Assembly: GCA_947178015.1 (NCBI GenBank)
Contig: CAMWWW010000001.1
Coordinates: 1-40,245 of the forward strand
Length of the DNA: 40,245 nt
Reading direction: 5' to 3'
DNA from: an uncultured Clostridia bacterium
Lineage (GTDB): Bacteria; Bacillota; Clostridia; Lachnospirales; Lachnospiraceae
In this document: in pieces, positions 9,086 through 18,758 of the stretch
How the letters are laid out: each line of letters starts with the position of its first letter
How positions within the stretch are numbered: position 1 is the stretch's first letter
The notes under the pieces: generated by a model
What the model was told of the DNA's origin: nothing
The model's database searches: none
What the model saw: only the letters and a program-made list of their open reading frames with translations
Position numbers and translations under genes: made by a program

Positions 9086-10936
9086 TTAATGTCCTATCAC
9101 TGGAATGAACATATTTTTCCTTAGCTCTTCCTCCGGCAAAAATGGAGCAAGATCCTCAAGCGGCGGAGATACCAGCGTGCCGTCCGGCAGACGCTTCGTC
9201 GCCGATTTCGGCTCAAAATTCTGATCCGTTGTCACCATAATCTCACAGATATAGGGGCCTTCTGCCTTTAGCACTTCATCCAGTACCCCCGCAAGCTCCT
9301 CATTTTTCTCAATTCTCTTATAAGGATAGCCATATGCAGCCGCGAGTTTGCTCATATCTGGAAAGCTCAAATCTCCGCTGTCATAACCAATCCCAACAAG
9401 CGGCTCCCCAAAGAAATTCTTCTGCGTCTGCCGAATAGAATGATACCCTTGATTATTAATCAAGAAAATCTTAATCGGCAACTTATGATGAATAATGGTC
9501 TGCAGCTCCTGCAAATTCATCTGGATACTTCCTTCTCCTGTCACCAGAATCACATCCTGAATCCCTTCCATCCCGCCGTTTTTCTGCAATACGCGGTTTC
9601 CATACTCACCAAGACACGCTCCTATCGCCGCCGGAAGATCGTAGCCCATGGAAGCCACCGCAGAATTAATAATAAATCTCTGCCCCTTCTTAATGATATA
9701 AGCATGACTGCCCACCACACAGGCAGATCCATTCCCAACTACCGTCACCTGCCCCTCAGAAAGCCTTTTGCTCAGCTCATGGATCAATGCATAGACATTT
9801 GCCCTGTCCCCTGCTTGATAATGCTTCTCCTGAACTACAGGATATTGTTCCTTCCATCCGCGGCACGCAGAAAGCCATTCCTCCCCTGCAAAGCGATCCG
9901 CATCGGACAGCTTACTTATAAGCTTCTCAAGAAAATCCTTCGCATCGGCATGAATTGGCAGCTCCACATGTAGCGTCGGCTTTCTAAGCTCCTCCGCATC
10001 GGCATCTACCATAATCACCTTAGCCTCTCGCGCCCACGTGGTATAATTATAACCAACCTGACGGATACTTAACCGATTTCCCACCGCCAAAACCAGATCA
10101 CTGTTCTGCACGGCAAAATTTCCAGCACGATCCCCCATAATACCGCCCCTTCCCACATAAAGCGGATGGTCATTATAGATAGCGTCAATACTATCCCAGC
10201 CCGTCACAACGGGAATATTTAATTTCTCTACAACTTCCATAAAGGATGCATGTGCGCCCGCAATGCGGATTCCATTCCCCGCATAAAACACGGGGCGCTC
10301 CGCCTGCCGAAGCATCGAAAGGGCAAGCTCGACAAGCTCCTCTGATACTTCTGGCACCTCCTTATCCAATTCTTTTGGATCAAAGCCCACAAGCTCTTCT
10401 TCCTCCACAAAAGCTCCCTGAACATTGAGCGGAATATCCAGCCAGCACGGTCCCGGCCTGCCTGTCTGCGCCAGATACAATGCTTTCTCCAAGGCATAGC
10501 GGATGCGCGCAGGATCAACCACCATCTCGCAATATTTCGTCATGCAGCCTACCGCCAAGGTTATATCAAACTCCTGATCTCCCATAGCGCGAAGCTTAAG
10601 CCCCGTACTTCTGGCAGTTGTATCATATCTTACCTGCCCAGACAATATCAGCATTGGGATCGAATCCAGATAACCGCCAAGCACGCCCGTGATCGCATTG
10701 GTTCCGCCGGGCCCTGTCGTCACACAAACGGCTGCGATTGTATTATGCAGCCTTGCATAGCTCTCCGCCGCAATCGCACACGCTTGTTCATGATGATTAT
10801 AGATACAAGTCAGACCCGGTTCATGCCCAAGACCATCATTTAGATGCATGGCTCCTCCGCCCGTCACAGAAAACACATGCGTAATCCCCTCCTGTACCAA
10901 CCTTTTCGCAATATAATCAGAAACCTTAATTTTCAT
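9086..10936 (-). CDS. Thiamine-diphosphate-dependent enzyme, acetolactate synthase large-subunit-like
   Basis: 616 aa. The N-terminal ThDP pyrimidine-binding domain carries HEQACAIAAESYAR...TTGPGGTN. The C-terminal ThDP-binding motif is GEGSIQMNLQEL...NNQGY. Confidence 0.85.
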   Translation of the reverse strand: MKIKVSDYIAKRLVQEGITHVFSVTGGGAMHLNDGLGHEPGLTCIYNHHEQACAIAAESYARLHNTIAAVCVTTGPGGTNAITGVLGGYLDSIPMLILSGQVRYDTTARSTGLKLRAMGDQEFDITLAVGCMTKYCEMVVDPARIRYALEKALYLAQTGRPGPCWLDIPLNVQGAFVEEEELVGFDPKELDKEVPEVSEELVELALSMLRQAERPVFYAGNGIRIAGAHASFMEVVEKLNIPVVTGWDSIDAIYNDHPLYVGRGGIMGDRAGNFAVQNSDLVLAVGNRLSIRQVGYNYTTWAREAKVIMVDADAEELRKPTLHVELPIHADAKDFLEKLISKLSDADRFAGEEWLSACRGWKEQYPVVQEKHYQAGDRANVYALIHELSKRLSEGQVTVVGNGSACVVGSHAYIIKKGQRFIINSAVASMGYDLPAAIGACLGEYGNRVLQKNGGMEGIQDVILVTGEGSIQMNLQELQTIIHHKLPIKIFLINNQGYHSIRQTQKNFFGEPLVGIGYDSGDLSFPDMSKLAAAYGYPYKRIEKNEELAGVLDEVLKAEGPYICEIMVTTDQNFEPKSATKRLPDGTLVSPPLEDLAPFLPEEELRKNMFIPVIGH

Positions 10937-10999
10937 ACATTAACCTCAATTCCGCGCCAAACCGCATATAATCAGGAAAATCCCTGTCCTTATCAGGTT

Positions 11000-11028
11000 A
11001 TTATACCCTGACTTACTATAAAAAACAA
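11000..11028 (-). promoter_or_regulatory. Candidate sigma-A promoter of the polysaccharide operon
   Basis: The minus strand reads TTGTTT-N17-TATAAT, about 60 nt upstream of the ThDP-enzyme start codon. Confidence 0.4.
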
Positions 11029-11054
11029 GAGGAATCCCAAATTCTGGGATTCCT
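11019..11054 (-). terminator. Rho-independent terminator downstream of the MCP gene
   Basis: A perfect 10-bp stem (aggaatccca/tgggattcct) with a 5-nt loop is followed on the minus strand by CTTGTTTTTT. Confidence 0.8.
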
Positions 11055-11126
11055 TCCTTATCTTTCTATTCTTTCTATTCCATTCTCGCTGTTCTCAAAC
11101 AAAGCTCTTCTCAAAGTCCTATGCTC

Positions 11127-12626
11127 TCAAAGATACTTATCCATTCTCTCTGTTGTCTGATTTATGGTATCCAATGCCGTTTGCGCCTCCGATGCGTGTT
11201 CCAGATTTTCCTTAGAAATCATCGCAGCCTGATCCGCGCTCGCTGTGATCTCCTCCGTCATAGCGGATAGCTGTGATATACTTTCTACAATTCGATTATT
11301 GGAATCGGACAGATGGGAAATCCGTCCATCTATTTCCTTGATTTCCTGTAACAAGACCGCTATATTATTATCCAATTTCTGAAAATCCTCTGCGGCAGTG
11401 AGAATCATCTTATTCTGCCTTCCTGCTGCTTGAATGGAATTTTCTACTTTTTCCACCACTTCCTCTGCATTATGATTTAGCTCAATAACAATTTTCGAAA
11501 TGTTTTCTGTCGATTGTCTTGTCTGTTCCGAGAGCTGGCGAATCTGTTCCGCCACTACTGCAAAACCTCTCCCCGCCTCTCCTGCCCTTGCACTCTCGAT
11601 GGAAGCGTTGAGCGCCAGCAGATTTGTCTGGCTGGATATACTGAATATAATACTGGCTATTTCTTTTACTTCCTCTGTTTTTTGCTGTAGCTTTCCCATA
11701 GATTCTGTGACCTTTTCGTTGGTCTGGGAGATATTCTCCGCCTGTGTTTTTAATTCATCTATGGTTTGTATATTCGTCTTAATATTCTCATTGGACTCTC
11801 CTGCTATCTGCACCATACGCTCAGAGCGTCTTACCGTCTCCTCGATCGCCTCCTGTATGGAATGTGTCATATTATTCTGCTCAACGACATTTTCTGCCGT
11901 CGTGTTGGTTGCAGAGGTTATCTCCTGCATATTCTGATTGACGGTATCAGAAGATTGATACAGACTGTCAAGCAACGTCTTCGCTCTCTCTGCCTCCCCC
12001 TTCACTTCACGGGAAATATTAAGAACATCGGCAAGCATCTCCTTTTGACGCTCTCCCTGCTCCTCCTGTTTTCCCAGCGAATCATCACTAAATTGCTTTC
12101 CTACAGAGCTATTCTGATATAATATAATTAATACCATATAGATAATAATAATTTCTGCCATGGTATTCATGTTTAATTCAACAATTCCCTTACTATATTG
12201 GATACTAAAACAGATAAAATATAGCCCGCCATATAATGCTACAAGATTACGCTGAAATTTCCTGTCATAGAAAAGTGATGTTACCACCAATATTCCGATC
12301 AATGCAAATTTCTCAAATGTCGCATCGGATTGAACAGAAATTAAAAAATATTCCAAACCTATCTCAGCCACAAGAATATATCTAAAATGCTTCCATTTTT
12401 TATTTTTATAAAATAGCGCTGTGTCCAGTATGATAAATATAAAACATAGGACGATATTGCCATATGCGGTAGAAGATGATATGCTGTTTGTCATTAACCT
12501 GTTTATCAGATAGATAACCAGAACTCCCAAGCTCTCTAAGCTAATAATCCAAAGCATCTGGTTCACACGTATACAGCGCTCCGCCATGTCGTTAAAGCGA
12601 TATTTTTGTTGCGTTTTCTCTTTCAT
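11127..12626 (-). CDS. Methyl-accepting chemotaxis protein with a polytopic membrane N-terminal module
   Basis: The signalling domain carries [32 protein letters not shown]. The N-terminal roughly 190 aa are multi-TM. The ATG at 12626 is preceded by GGGGGA. The longer start at 12740 would run into the upstream terminator. Confidence 0.9.
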   Translation of the reverse strand: MKEKTQQKYRFNDMAERCIRVNQMLWIISLESLGVLVIYLINRLMTNSISSSTAYGNIVLCFIFIILDTALFYKNKKWKHFRYILVAEIGLEYFLISVQSDATFEKFALIGILVVTSLFYDRKFQRNLVALYGGLYFICFSIQYSKGIVELNMNTMAEIIIIYMVLIILYQNSSVGKQFSDDSLGKQEEQGERQKEMLADVLNISREVKGEAERAKTLLDSLYQSSDTVNQNMQEITSATNTTAENVVEQNNMTHSIQEAIEETVRRSERMVQIAGESNENIKTNIQTIDELKTQAENISQTNEKVTESMGKLQQKTEEVKEIASIIFSISSQTNLLALNASIESARAGEAGRGFAVVAEQIRQLSEQTRQSTENISKIVIELNHNAEEVVEKVENSIQAAGRQNKMILTAAEDFQKLDNNIAVLLQEIKEIDGRISHLSDSNNRIVESISQLSAMTEEITASADQAAMISKENLEHASEAQTALDTINQTTERMDKYL

Positions 12627-12721
12627 GTTGCATCCCCCTTTTCCTTTCTCCTCAAATCCTTGTCTCTCTACATAGTATAATGCATTTTGGAGCATCAGCA
12701 CAAGAGATTTTATAAAAAACT

Positions 12722-12761
12722 TAAAAAAAACAGCCCACATTTTCTACTTTCCTGTGGGCTG
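12722..12761 (-). terminator. Rho-independent terminator at the end of the flaG-fliD-fliS-fliT-like unit
   Basis: A 9-bp GC-rich stem (cagcccaca/tgtgggctg) is followed on the minus strand by T8. Confidence 0.8.
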
Positions 12762-12770
12762 TCTGTTTCA

Positions 12771-13253
12771 TTATTTTTTCTTATCCATAAATACTGGCTG
12801 CACATTTTGCAGCTTATTCATGCTTTTATAATAATTACTTGTCGCATCGCGGCTTGCCTTAAACTGGCGAATCTCTTTTTTGTAGGTGGCAAAATGTCCT
12901 GCGATTGCCTGACGATTTCGCTCCTCCTCTGCTTGGATTGCCACACTCTTATCTGTGATCTCACTGATAAGCTGTTTTAATACGGCAATTCCTTCTTTAT
13001 GTTTTTCGGGCTCTCCCTGAAGGCTCGGCTTCACTCTGTCGTAAATAAGCTGAAATCCTTCATCTAACTTATTCAGCTCGTCAATATAGTCTGATTTTCT
13101 TTTTACTGTCTCATCTAGCTGATCCAAATCCAGCTTCTGCGCCGCTGCCAGTTGTCTCTGTTCTTCATCTATCTGAATAATTTTATCCAGAAGCTTCACT
13201 TTCTTCTGCAGACTGTCGATCAATACCTGAACGTAATCCACACTATATTCCAT
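12771..13253 (-). CDS. FliT/FlgN-like flagellar chaperone candidate (coiled-coil protein downstream of fliS)
   Basis: About 160 aa and predicted all-helical. It occupies the position of fliT in the B. subtilis order fliD-fliS-fliT. The ATG at 13253 is preceded by GGGGGT. The assignment is positional only. Confidence 0.55.
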   Translation of the reverse strand: MEYSVDYVQVLIDSLQKKVKLLDKIIQIDEEQRQLAAAQKLDLDQLDETVKRKSDYIDELNKLDEGFQLIYDRVKPSLQGEPEKHKEGIAVLKQLISEITDKSVAIQAEEERNRQAIAGHFATYKKEIRQFKASRDATSNYYKSMNKLQNVQPVFMDKKK

Positions 13254-13342
13254 CCTTATACCCCCGCATATTGCAAACCCTGTCTGCAATACTGCTTTTC
13301 CTCCTGTATATCACAGGATCGATCGTGATATTACAATCATCC

Positions 13343-13726
13343 TTATACACTAGGATGCTTTCCCTGTTTCATTACTTCCTTCCAAGTATCTCTCATTGTA
13401 CGCAAATGCTTCAAAACCTCTTCTAATATTTCCTTATCTTTTTTGAGATTTGCCTCCACCAATCTGTCATATAAATATTTATATACTTCGTCAAAATCCT
13501 TCGCCACCGGATATTTAAAATCCAGTGTGGAACGAAACTCTTCTATAATTGCTTCTACCTTTGTGATATTCGTGTGTGCCTTTGGAACATCATTCTGCTC
13601 AATTCCCATAATTGCAATATTGCAGAATTTGATCGCCCCCTCATAGAGCATTAAAGTTAATTCCGCAGGACTTGCCGTCATAACCTTATTGTTCTGATAA
13701 GCGGAATATCCTGTAGGCATTGCCAT
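13343..13726 (-). CDS. fliS: Flagellar export chaperone FliS
   Basis: 127 aa. The motifs YQNNKVMTASPAELTLMLYEGAIKF and LYDRLVEANLKKD are typical of FliS. Confidence 0.9.
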   Translation of the reverse strand: MAMPTGYSAYQNNKVMTASPAELTLMLYEGAIKFCNIAIMGIEQNDVPKAHTNITKVEAIIEEFRSTLDFKYPVAKDFDEVYKYLYDRLVEANLKKDKEILEEVLKHLRTMRDTWKEVMKQGKHPSV

Positions 13727-13744
13727 AATGGTATCCTCCCTCTA

Positions 13745-15628
13745 TCAACTGCCCAGTAAGCCCGATAATGCGCTGGTGCTGGACTGAAGCTGTGCCAATG
13801 CCTTCTCCATCGCAGTAAACTTACTATACCAGAATTCCTCCTGCTGCGATACATAATCTTCCCATTTGCTGATCTGCTTATTAATCTGATTCATCTCAGA
13901 AGTCATCTGCTTATCATTGTAAACGGTAAAGGCACTGCTCAGTGTGGTACCTCTCATTTTCTCATTCAGCTCATTGTACAGATTTGTGGTAAACTGGGAG
14001 AAGAAATCTGCCACACCGTCTGGATCTGCTGCAATCGCTTTCTTCAGCTTATCTTCATTAGCAGAAACGGTAGAATCATCTGGATCACCATCAATATGGA
14101 ACGCATTTTTCTCATTGTCCTTAGTAGTAAAATAGTTTCCAGTCAGTATTCCAAAAGTTGACAAACTCATCTGCTGTCCATTGACAGTAAAGCTCTTTAA
14201 CATTGCTGTCTTCATCATGGAAGATATACTGCTCAAAGTGGTATCGCGTCTAAGAAGAGATTTTTTAATCTTCTCCTCCCACTTCTCCACCTCTTTCTCT
14301 GACATCGCTTCCTTCTCTTCATCTGTCAGAGGCTCGTAATCCTTCGCCCTGTCTGCATTGTACAGAGAATCCATCTCATTGATCAGCTCATTATACTGCT
14401 TAATGAAATCCTTGATTGTATTGTAGATCCCATCTACATCCGTATCTGTTACTATCTTAACCTCATTATAGCCGCTTCCGTCCGCCTTTGCGGTCGTCTC
14501 TTTAATATTAATAGATAAGCCATTGATGTTAAAATTATTGGTATTTGATTCAAAAATAGCACCGTTCAGCTTAATTTGAGCATCTGCGCCGTCAATCTTG
14601 ACCCCAGCTCCCTTTGTGCTGATATCTACTCCAGCGGCACTCTCAAATCCCAGTATCTTCAAAAGTGATGTAGCAGGGTCACCAGCACTAGGGTTCGTAG
14701 AATCATATGCCTCAGCTGTTGAAAGCTTATCAGCACCTTTAATTACAAATCTCTGATTTTTTTCATCAAAGCTTGCCTCTACACCACCTTGATTAAGAAA
14801 ATCAACCAAATCAGCAACCGTCGCATTTTCTGTTTTTAATTCCATGGGTGCATCCCCGGAGGGCTGCCACTTAATCGTTTTCGGGAATCCTTTTGTTGTA
14901 TCTCCATTCACGCGCAAATCTGACAATTTGGTAGAATTTGTTATATTATAGCCATCTTTCTTCCAAGTCTCTCCGATCCCATAAGCATAATCTTCTGCCA
15001 AAATTCCCAGCTTCTCCATCGCATCTGAATCTCCTGAAAGCTTGAAATCCTTCTCCTTACCCGTATCCGTTGACATCAGGAAGAACCTCTTGTTCTCCTC
15101 GTCAAAATTCGCATTGATCCCTGCCTCATTAAACTGTTTTACCAAATCGCCGATGGTGGTATCTCCTGACATGGTAATTGTCTGCATATCTCCATCACCC
15201 ACCTGAATATTGATGGAAGTCTCATCTACAATACCAAGCTCTCGCAAATTAGTTTTTGTGGATAAATCATTCAATCCATAAATATCAATCTTACTTCCTG
15301 TCAAATACCCAGAAGCTGCCACTTTATGAATCTCCAATGACTGCGTTCCCTTTGCTGCATTGGCAGCCGTTGTTATCGTCGCCTTTGACTCATCTGATAT
15401 AGAGGTTTTTTTCTTATTATAAGCGCTGCTAAAACGCAGTGTGCCAAGCGTGCGGCTGTAAAGATCGTAAATCTTTGTATTTAGATCCTTCCAAGTCTCC
15501 TGCTTCCACTCAAGCTTTGTTTTGTCCTTCTCATAGCTTTCTGTCTTTTTGCTGTATGCGGACACTAATTCTTTTACAATAGCATCGGTATCAAGTCCTG
15601 ATACCATGCCAGATAATCTAATTGACAT
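13745..15628 (-). CDS. fliD: Flagellar filament cap protein FliD (HAP2)
   Basis: The N-terminus reads MSIRLSGMVSGLDTDAIV. Two flagellin-IN-type repeats are present (DLVKQFNEAGINANFDEENKRF and DLVDFLNQGGVEASFDEKNQRF). The C-terminal coiled coil is also present. AAGGAG lies 6 nt upstream of the ATG at 15628. Confidence 0.9.
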   Translation of the reverse strand: MSIRLSGMVSGLDTDAIVKELVSAYSKKTESYEKDKTKLEWKQETWKDLNTKIYDLYSRTLGTLRFSSAYNKKKTSISDESKATITTAANAAKGTQSLEIHKVAASGYLTGSKIDIYGLNDLSTKTNLRELGIVDETSINIQVGDGDMQTITMSGDTTIGDLVKQFNEAGINANFDEENKRFFLMSTDTGKEKDFKLSGDSDAMEKLGILAEDYAYGIGETWKKDGYNITNSTKLSDLRVNGDTTKGFPKTIKWQPSGDAPMELKTENATVADLVDFLNQGGVEASFDEKNQRFVIKGADKLSTAEAYDSTNPSAGDPATSLLKILGFESAAGVDISTKGAGVKIDGADAQIKLNGAIFESNTNNFNINGLSINIKETTAKADGSGYNEVKIVTDTDVDGIYNTIKDFIKQYNELINEMDSLYNADRAKDYEPLTDEEKEAMSEKEVEKWEEKIKKSLLRRDTTLSSISSMMKTAMLKSFTVNGQQMSLSTFGILTGNYFTTKDNEKNAFHIDGDPDDSTVSANEDKLKKAIAADPDGVADFFSQFTTNLYNELNEKMRGTTLSSAFTVYNDKQMTSEMNQINKQISKWEDYVSQQEEFWYSKFTAMEKALAQLQSSTSALSGLLGS

Positions 15629-15732
15629 GCTGCTCCTTTCCATGCACCTGATACTTTTATGCGATGATATCTCTCGCTCTTACAGTATACCATGTTGTAT
15701 GATAAATACAATGTGCATTGACCATTTTCTTT

Positions 15733-16170
15733 TTAAAGCTTTTCATCCACAAGAATACCTGCCAGCTCCCATGCCTTTGCAATCATCTCAAGTGTCTCTT
15801 CTGGCGGAAATTCCTTGATCACCTTCTCGGTATCTTTATCTACAATCTTAATTGTAACACGATTCGTCTTGTCATGAAAGCCGTATTGACATTCTGTGTG
15901 GGAAAGCTGCTTATTAATTGACTCCAATGCTTTCCTAATCTTCTCTTGGGAAACTTCCTCGTTTCCCTCCGCATAGGTATCTTCCCCTGCCTGCCTCTGC
16001 TTATCTTGTGGTTTTACCACAGCAGATTTTTTTACTGTCGCAGTATCTGTCGTTGCGGCGTCCGTTGCCTGTTCCATCACTTTTGAGTCTGTCGCAGCAG
16101 GCTGTACAATCTGTACCTGTTGTGCCTGATATGCACTCGCCCCCGCTCCTGCTAATTGATTTACTCCCAT
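15733..16170 (-). CDS. flaG: FlaG family flagellar protein
   Basis: The C-terminal motif is VTIKIVDKDTEKVIKEFPPEETLEM. GGAGGTG lies 6 nt upstream of the ATG at 16170. The track start at 16179 is a GTG inside the Shine-Dalgarno (SD) sequence. Confidence 0.85.
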   Translation of the reverse strand: MGVNQLAGAGASAYQAQQVQIVQPAATDSKVMEQATDAATTDTATVKKSAVVKPQDKQRQAGEDTYAEGNEEVSQEKIRKALESINKQLSHTECQYGFHDKTNRVTIKIVDKDTEKVIKEFPPEETLEMIAKAWELAGILVDEKL

Positions 16171-16223
16171 GATATCCACCTCCGTGTGTTATGCTTAATA
16201 ACTTCCCTTTCTACTCTATATTT

Positions 16224-16250
16224 ATATCGACAGCTTCTTCTGCTTTTTTA
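16224..16250 (-). promoter_or_regulatory. Sigma-28 (SigD/FliA) type promoter upstream of flaG
   Basis: The minus strand reads TAAA-N15-GTCGATAT, against the B. subtilis SigD consensus TAAA-N15-GCCGATAT. It lies about 50 nt upstream of the flaG start. Confidence 0.7.
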
Positions 16251-16278
16251 ATAGTATACTTAGCCTATCCAAAAATTT

Positions 16279-16494
16279 TTACAACAGCTTCCTTAATCTG
16301 GAAGCCTCCGCACCGCTTGCGGCCTCCTCATTCTCCTCCTGTATTTGCAGATATACCTCTTTCCGATAGATAGGAACAGTCTTAGGAGCCGAAATGCCGA
16401 TCTTCACCTGATCGCCCTTAATTTCCAGAACGGTAAGCTCAATATCGTTATTCACCACAATGGCTTCGCCCTTTTTTCTTGATAATGCCAGCAT
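16279..16494 (-). CDS. csrA: Carbon storage regulator CsrA (flagellar-type)
   Basis: 71 aa reading [14 protein letters not shown]...[16 protein letters not shown]. It sits directly after fliW. Confidence 0.95.
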   Translation of the reverse strand: MLALSRKKGEAIVVNNDIELTVLEIKGDQVKIGISAPKTVPIYRKEVYLQIQEENEEAASGAEASRLRKLL

Positions 16495-16524
16495 ATAAAC
16501 CTCGCTTCCGCTGCCTCGCAGCTT

Positions 16525-16992
16525 CTATTTTTCTGTCTCCCTTTCTTCCATTCTGCTCTTAAGCAGCTCATATACAGGGACACGAACCGCATAGCTGCTA
16601 TCCTCCACAATAATCTGACAGCCCTTCTGTGTTGTTACATTGATGACAATCGGCGCTTTTAGATTAATGGTCATCTGCGTAATATCAGAAGGTACGCGGA
16701 TTGTCGTAAATACTGCATATTCATCCTCTATCTTCCCCAATGATGTCAGCAGATCATCATCTATTGTAGGATTATAATCAGGTCTTATAACCAACGGATC
16801 AATTACCGGCAATGCAAAACACTCATCATCTGCTGACTGTAGCCAATGAATCGCCCCCTTTGATTCTTTCTCGATATCATACAATAGAAAAAATTCTCTA
16901 AAATCTGGATAGCCAATAATACCTTGTTCAAAAACCAGTTTCTTGCTCTCGTCGATCTCAATTTCGCCAAATATTCTCGTTTTTAGCTTCAT
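16525..16992 (-). CDS. fliW: Flagellar assembly factor FliW
   Basis: 155 aa. The motifs IEIDESKKLVFEQGIIGYPDFREF and LKAPIVIN match the FliW family, and the gene is adjacent to csrA. Confidence 0.9.
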   Translation of the reverse strand: MKLKTRIFGEIEIDESKKLVFEQGIIGYPDFREFFLLYDIEKESKGAIHWLQSADDECFALPVIDPLVIRPDYNPTIDDDLLTSLGKIEDEYAVFTTIRVPSDITQMTINLKAPIVINVTTQKGCQIIVEDSSYAVRVPVYELLKSRMEERETEK

Positions 16993-17028
16993 GCATCCTC
17001 CCTAGCTTTCTTGTTACCCTCTCCTATT

Positions 17029-18747
17029 TTATAAATAGTCCAAAAGGCTCTTGGTAATCACCTTGCTTGCCGCCGATAATGATGCGTCATAAACCATAGA
17101 TGCCGCTGAGAGCTGAATAATTGTCTCTGGCAAATTAATATCTTCATTGCTGGACTTCAAATCCTCCAGCGTTGTCTTCTGATTTGTCAATCTTGTTTTA
17201 TTTAATTTTAATCTGCTGTCACGGCTTCCGATATCCGCAATCTCTGCATCCACTGTTGCCTGATGTTTAGAATATAGAGAAATACTCTTCTCATACCCCT
17301 TCTGCACGATGTCTCCCTGCAAAGCCCGCTCCTTCTCAGCAGCCTCCTTCATGGATTTCAGCTTTTTCTGGTCTTCCTCACCTGCATAGCCGGGATCCGC
17401 TAACATCTTATCAATATTTTTAATCTTATCTTCAATCAGCTCAAGCTCATTTAAGCCAGCAATTAGATCATCCAAATCTCGTATAACATCATGAGAAAAG
17501 AAATTCTTTCCCTCGGAATTCACTTTAAGCTTCTGGTTGAAATTCACCGTATAATTAATATCCTGCTGATGAGCATCGAATTCAACATCTATTGCTCCCG
17601 TTTCTGTATACCGTGTACAATCAAAGAAATGCTCTGGACGCAAATCTCCTTTGTCAAAACTTGTTTTGGTATATTCAACGGTAATATCTTCATTTTTTAA
17701 TGCCTTGTAAGCATTGGTACCAAAAATTATTTCACCTGTATCACTTAAGAAATAAATCTCATTATCTCCCGGTCTATATGGATCTAATTCTGTTGAATAA
17801 GTCGCCTTGTCTCCATCTTGATAATATTTCCCATCTGTATCAGGCGCTACTACCTTAAAATTATCTGGTAGAGTTATCTTTTGACCGCCTATGGTAATTT
17901 CCGTTTTGTCAGATGGATTCGGTGATGCAATAACCGATCCGTCTGGTCCAATTAGTTCTCCTGATGGACTCTTTATCTTGCTTCCCTCTGGAATTGTCTG
18001 CACAGCACCTCCCACTGACACAGTTGCTCCCGTCGGCACAGTAAAAGTAAGATTAGGTTGTAATATTTTTCCATTTGCATCCTTTTCCAATAGCCCCTCA
18101 TAAGCAAGACGCAACCTATGAATATCTGTTTTATCATCTGGGCTAGGTTCCCCGCCATTTGCTGCTGCATCTGCAGCATTTGTCGACGAATCAATATAGT
18201 AAGGCTCTTTTGTTATATCTACTTTATTATATACTTTACTAATCGTGTCAAAATCATTATAATTTAGCTTCTCCGTAATCTTATATTTTACATTTTCGTT
18301 AGTTGCGAAGATCATATCTGTATCCGTCTTATATCCTGAGAAAATTCGTCTTCCAGCAAAATCATAATTTGCATCCTGATAGATCTGATCTCGATATCCC
18401 TTTAATGTCTTTATAACTGCCCCTCTATCCTGTGTATCCAGTGGATCATTGGCACCCTGATCAAGATATTTCTGCATACTGGACAAAGTATCGCTGACGC
18501 CTGATAAAACCTCCTCAGACAAACTTAACCAAGACTCTGCATCCTTCACATTTTTGTCAAGATAATGTGTGATCTCCGCCAACTGACTGCGAAAACGAAG
18601 CGCACGAATCGCAATAATCGGATCGTCGGATGGTCTTTGAATCTTCTTTCCGGTAGATTCTTGTGTGCTGTACTTATCCATATTTAACTTATTTAAGTTA
18701 ATATGAGACAATGTATTATTGGTCATCATTCCATTTGTAATTCTCAT
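17029..18747 (-). CDS. flgL: Flagellar hook-associated protein 3, FlgL (enlarged)
   Basis: The N-terminus is MRITNGMMTNN...GKKIQRPSDDPIIAIRALRFR, and a flagellin-like C-terminal helix is present. AGGAGG precedes the ATG. The length is 572 aa, against about 300 aa in B. subtilis. Confidence 0.85.
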   Translation of the reverse strand: MRITNGMMTNNTLSHINLNKLNMDKYSTQESTGKKIQRPSDDPIIAIRALRFRSQLAEITHYLDKNVKDAESWLSLSEEVLSGVSDTLSSMQKYLDQGANDPLDTQDRGAVIKTLKGYRDQIYQDANYDFAGRRIFSGYKTDTDMIFATNENVKYKITEKLNYNDFDTISKVYNKVDITKEPYYIDSSTNAADAAANGGEPSPDDKTDIHRLRLAYEGLLEKDANGKILQPNLTFTVPTGATVSVGGAVQTIPEGSKIKSPSGELIGPDGSVIASPNPSDKTEITIGGQKITLPDNFKVVAPDTDGKYYQDGDKATYSTELDPYRPGDNEIYFLSDTGEIIFGTNAYKALKNEDITVEYTKTSFDKGDLRPEHFFDCTRYTETGAIDVEFDAHQQDINYTVNFNQKLKVNSEGKNFFSHDVIRDLDDLIAGLNELELIEDKIKNIDKMLADPGYAGEEDQKKLKSMKEAAEKERALQGDIVQKGYEKSISLYSKHQATVDAEIADIGSRDSRLKLNKTRLTNQKTTLEDLKSSNEDINLPETIIQLSAASMVYDASLSAASKVITKSLLDYL

Positions 18748-18758
18748 AAATAATCCTC

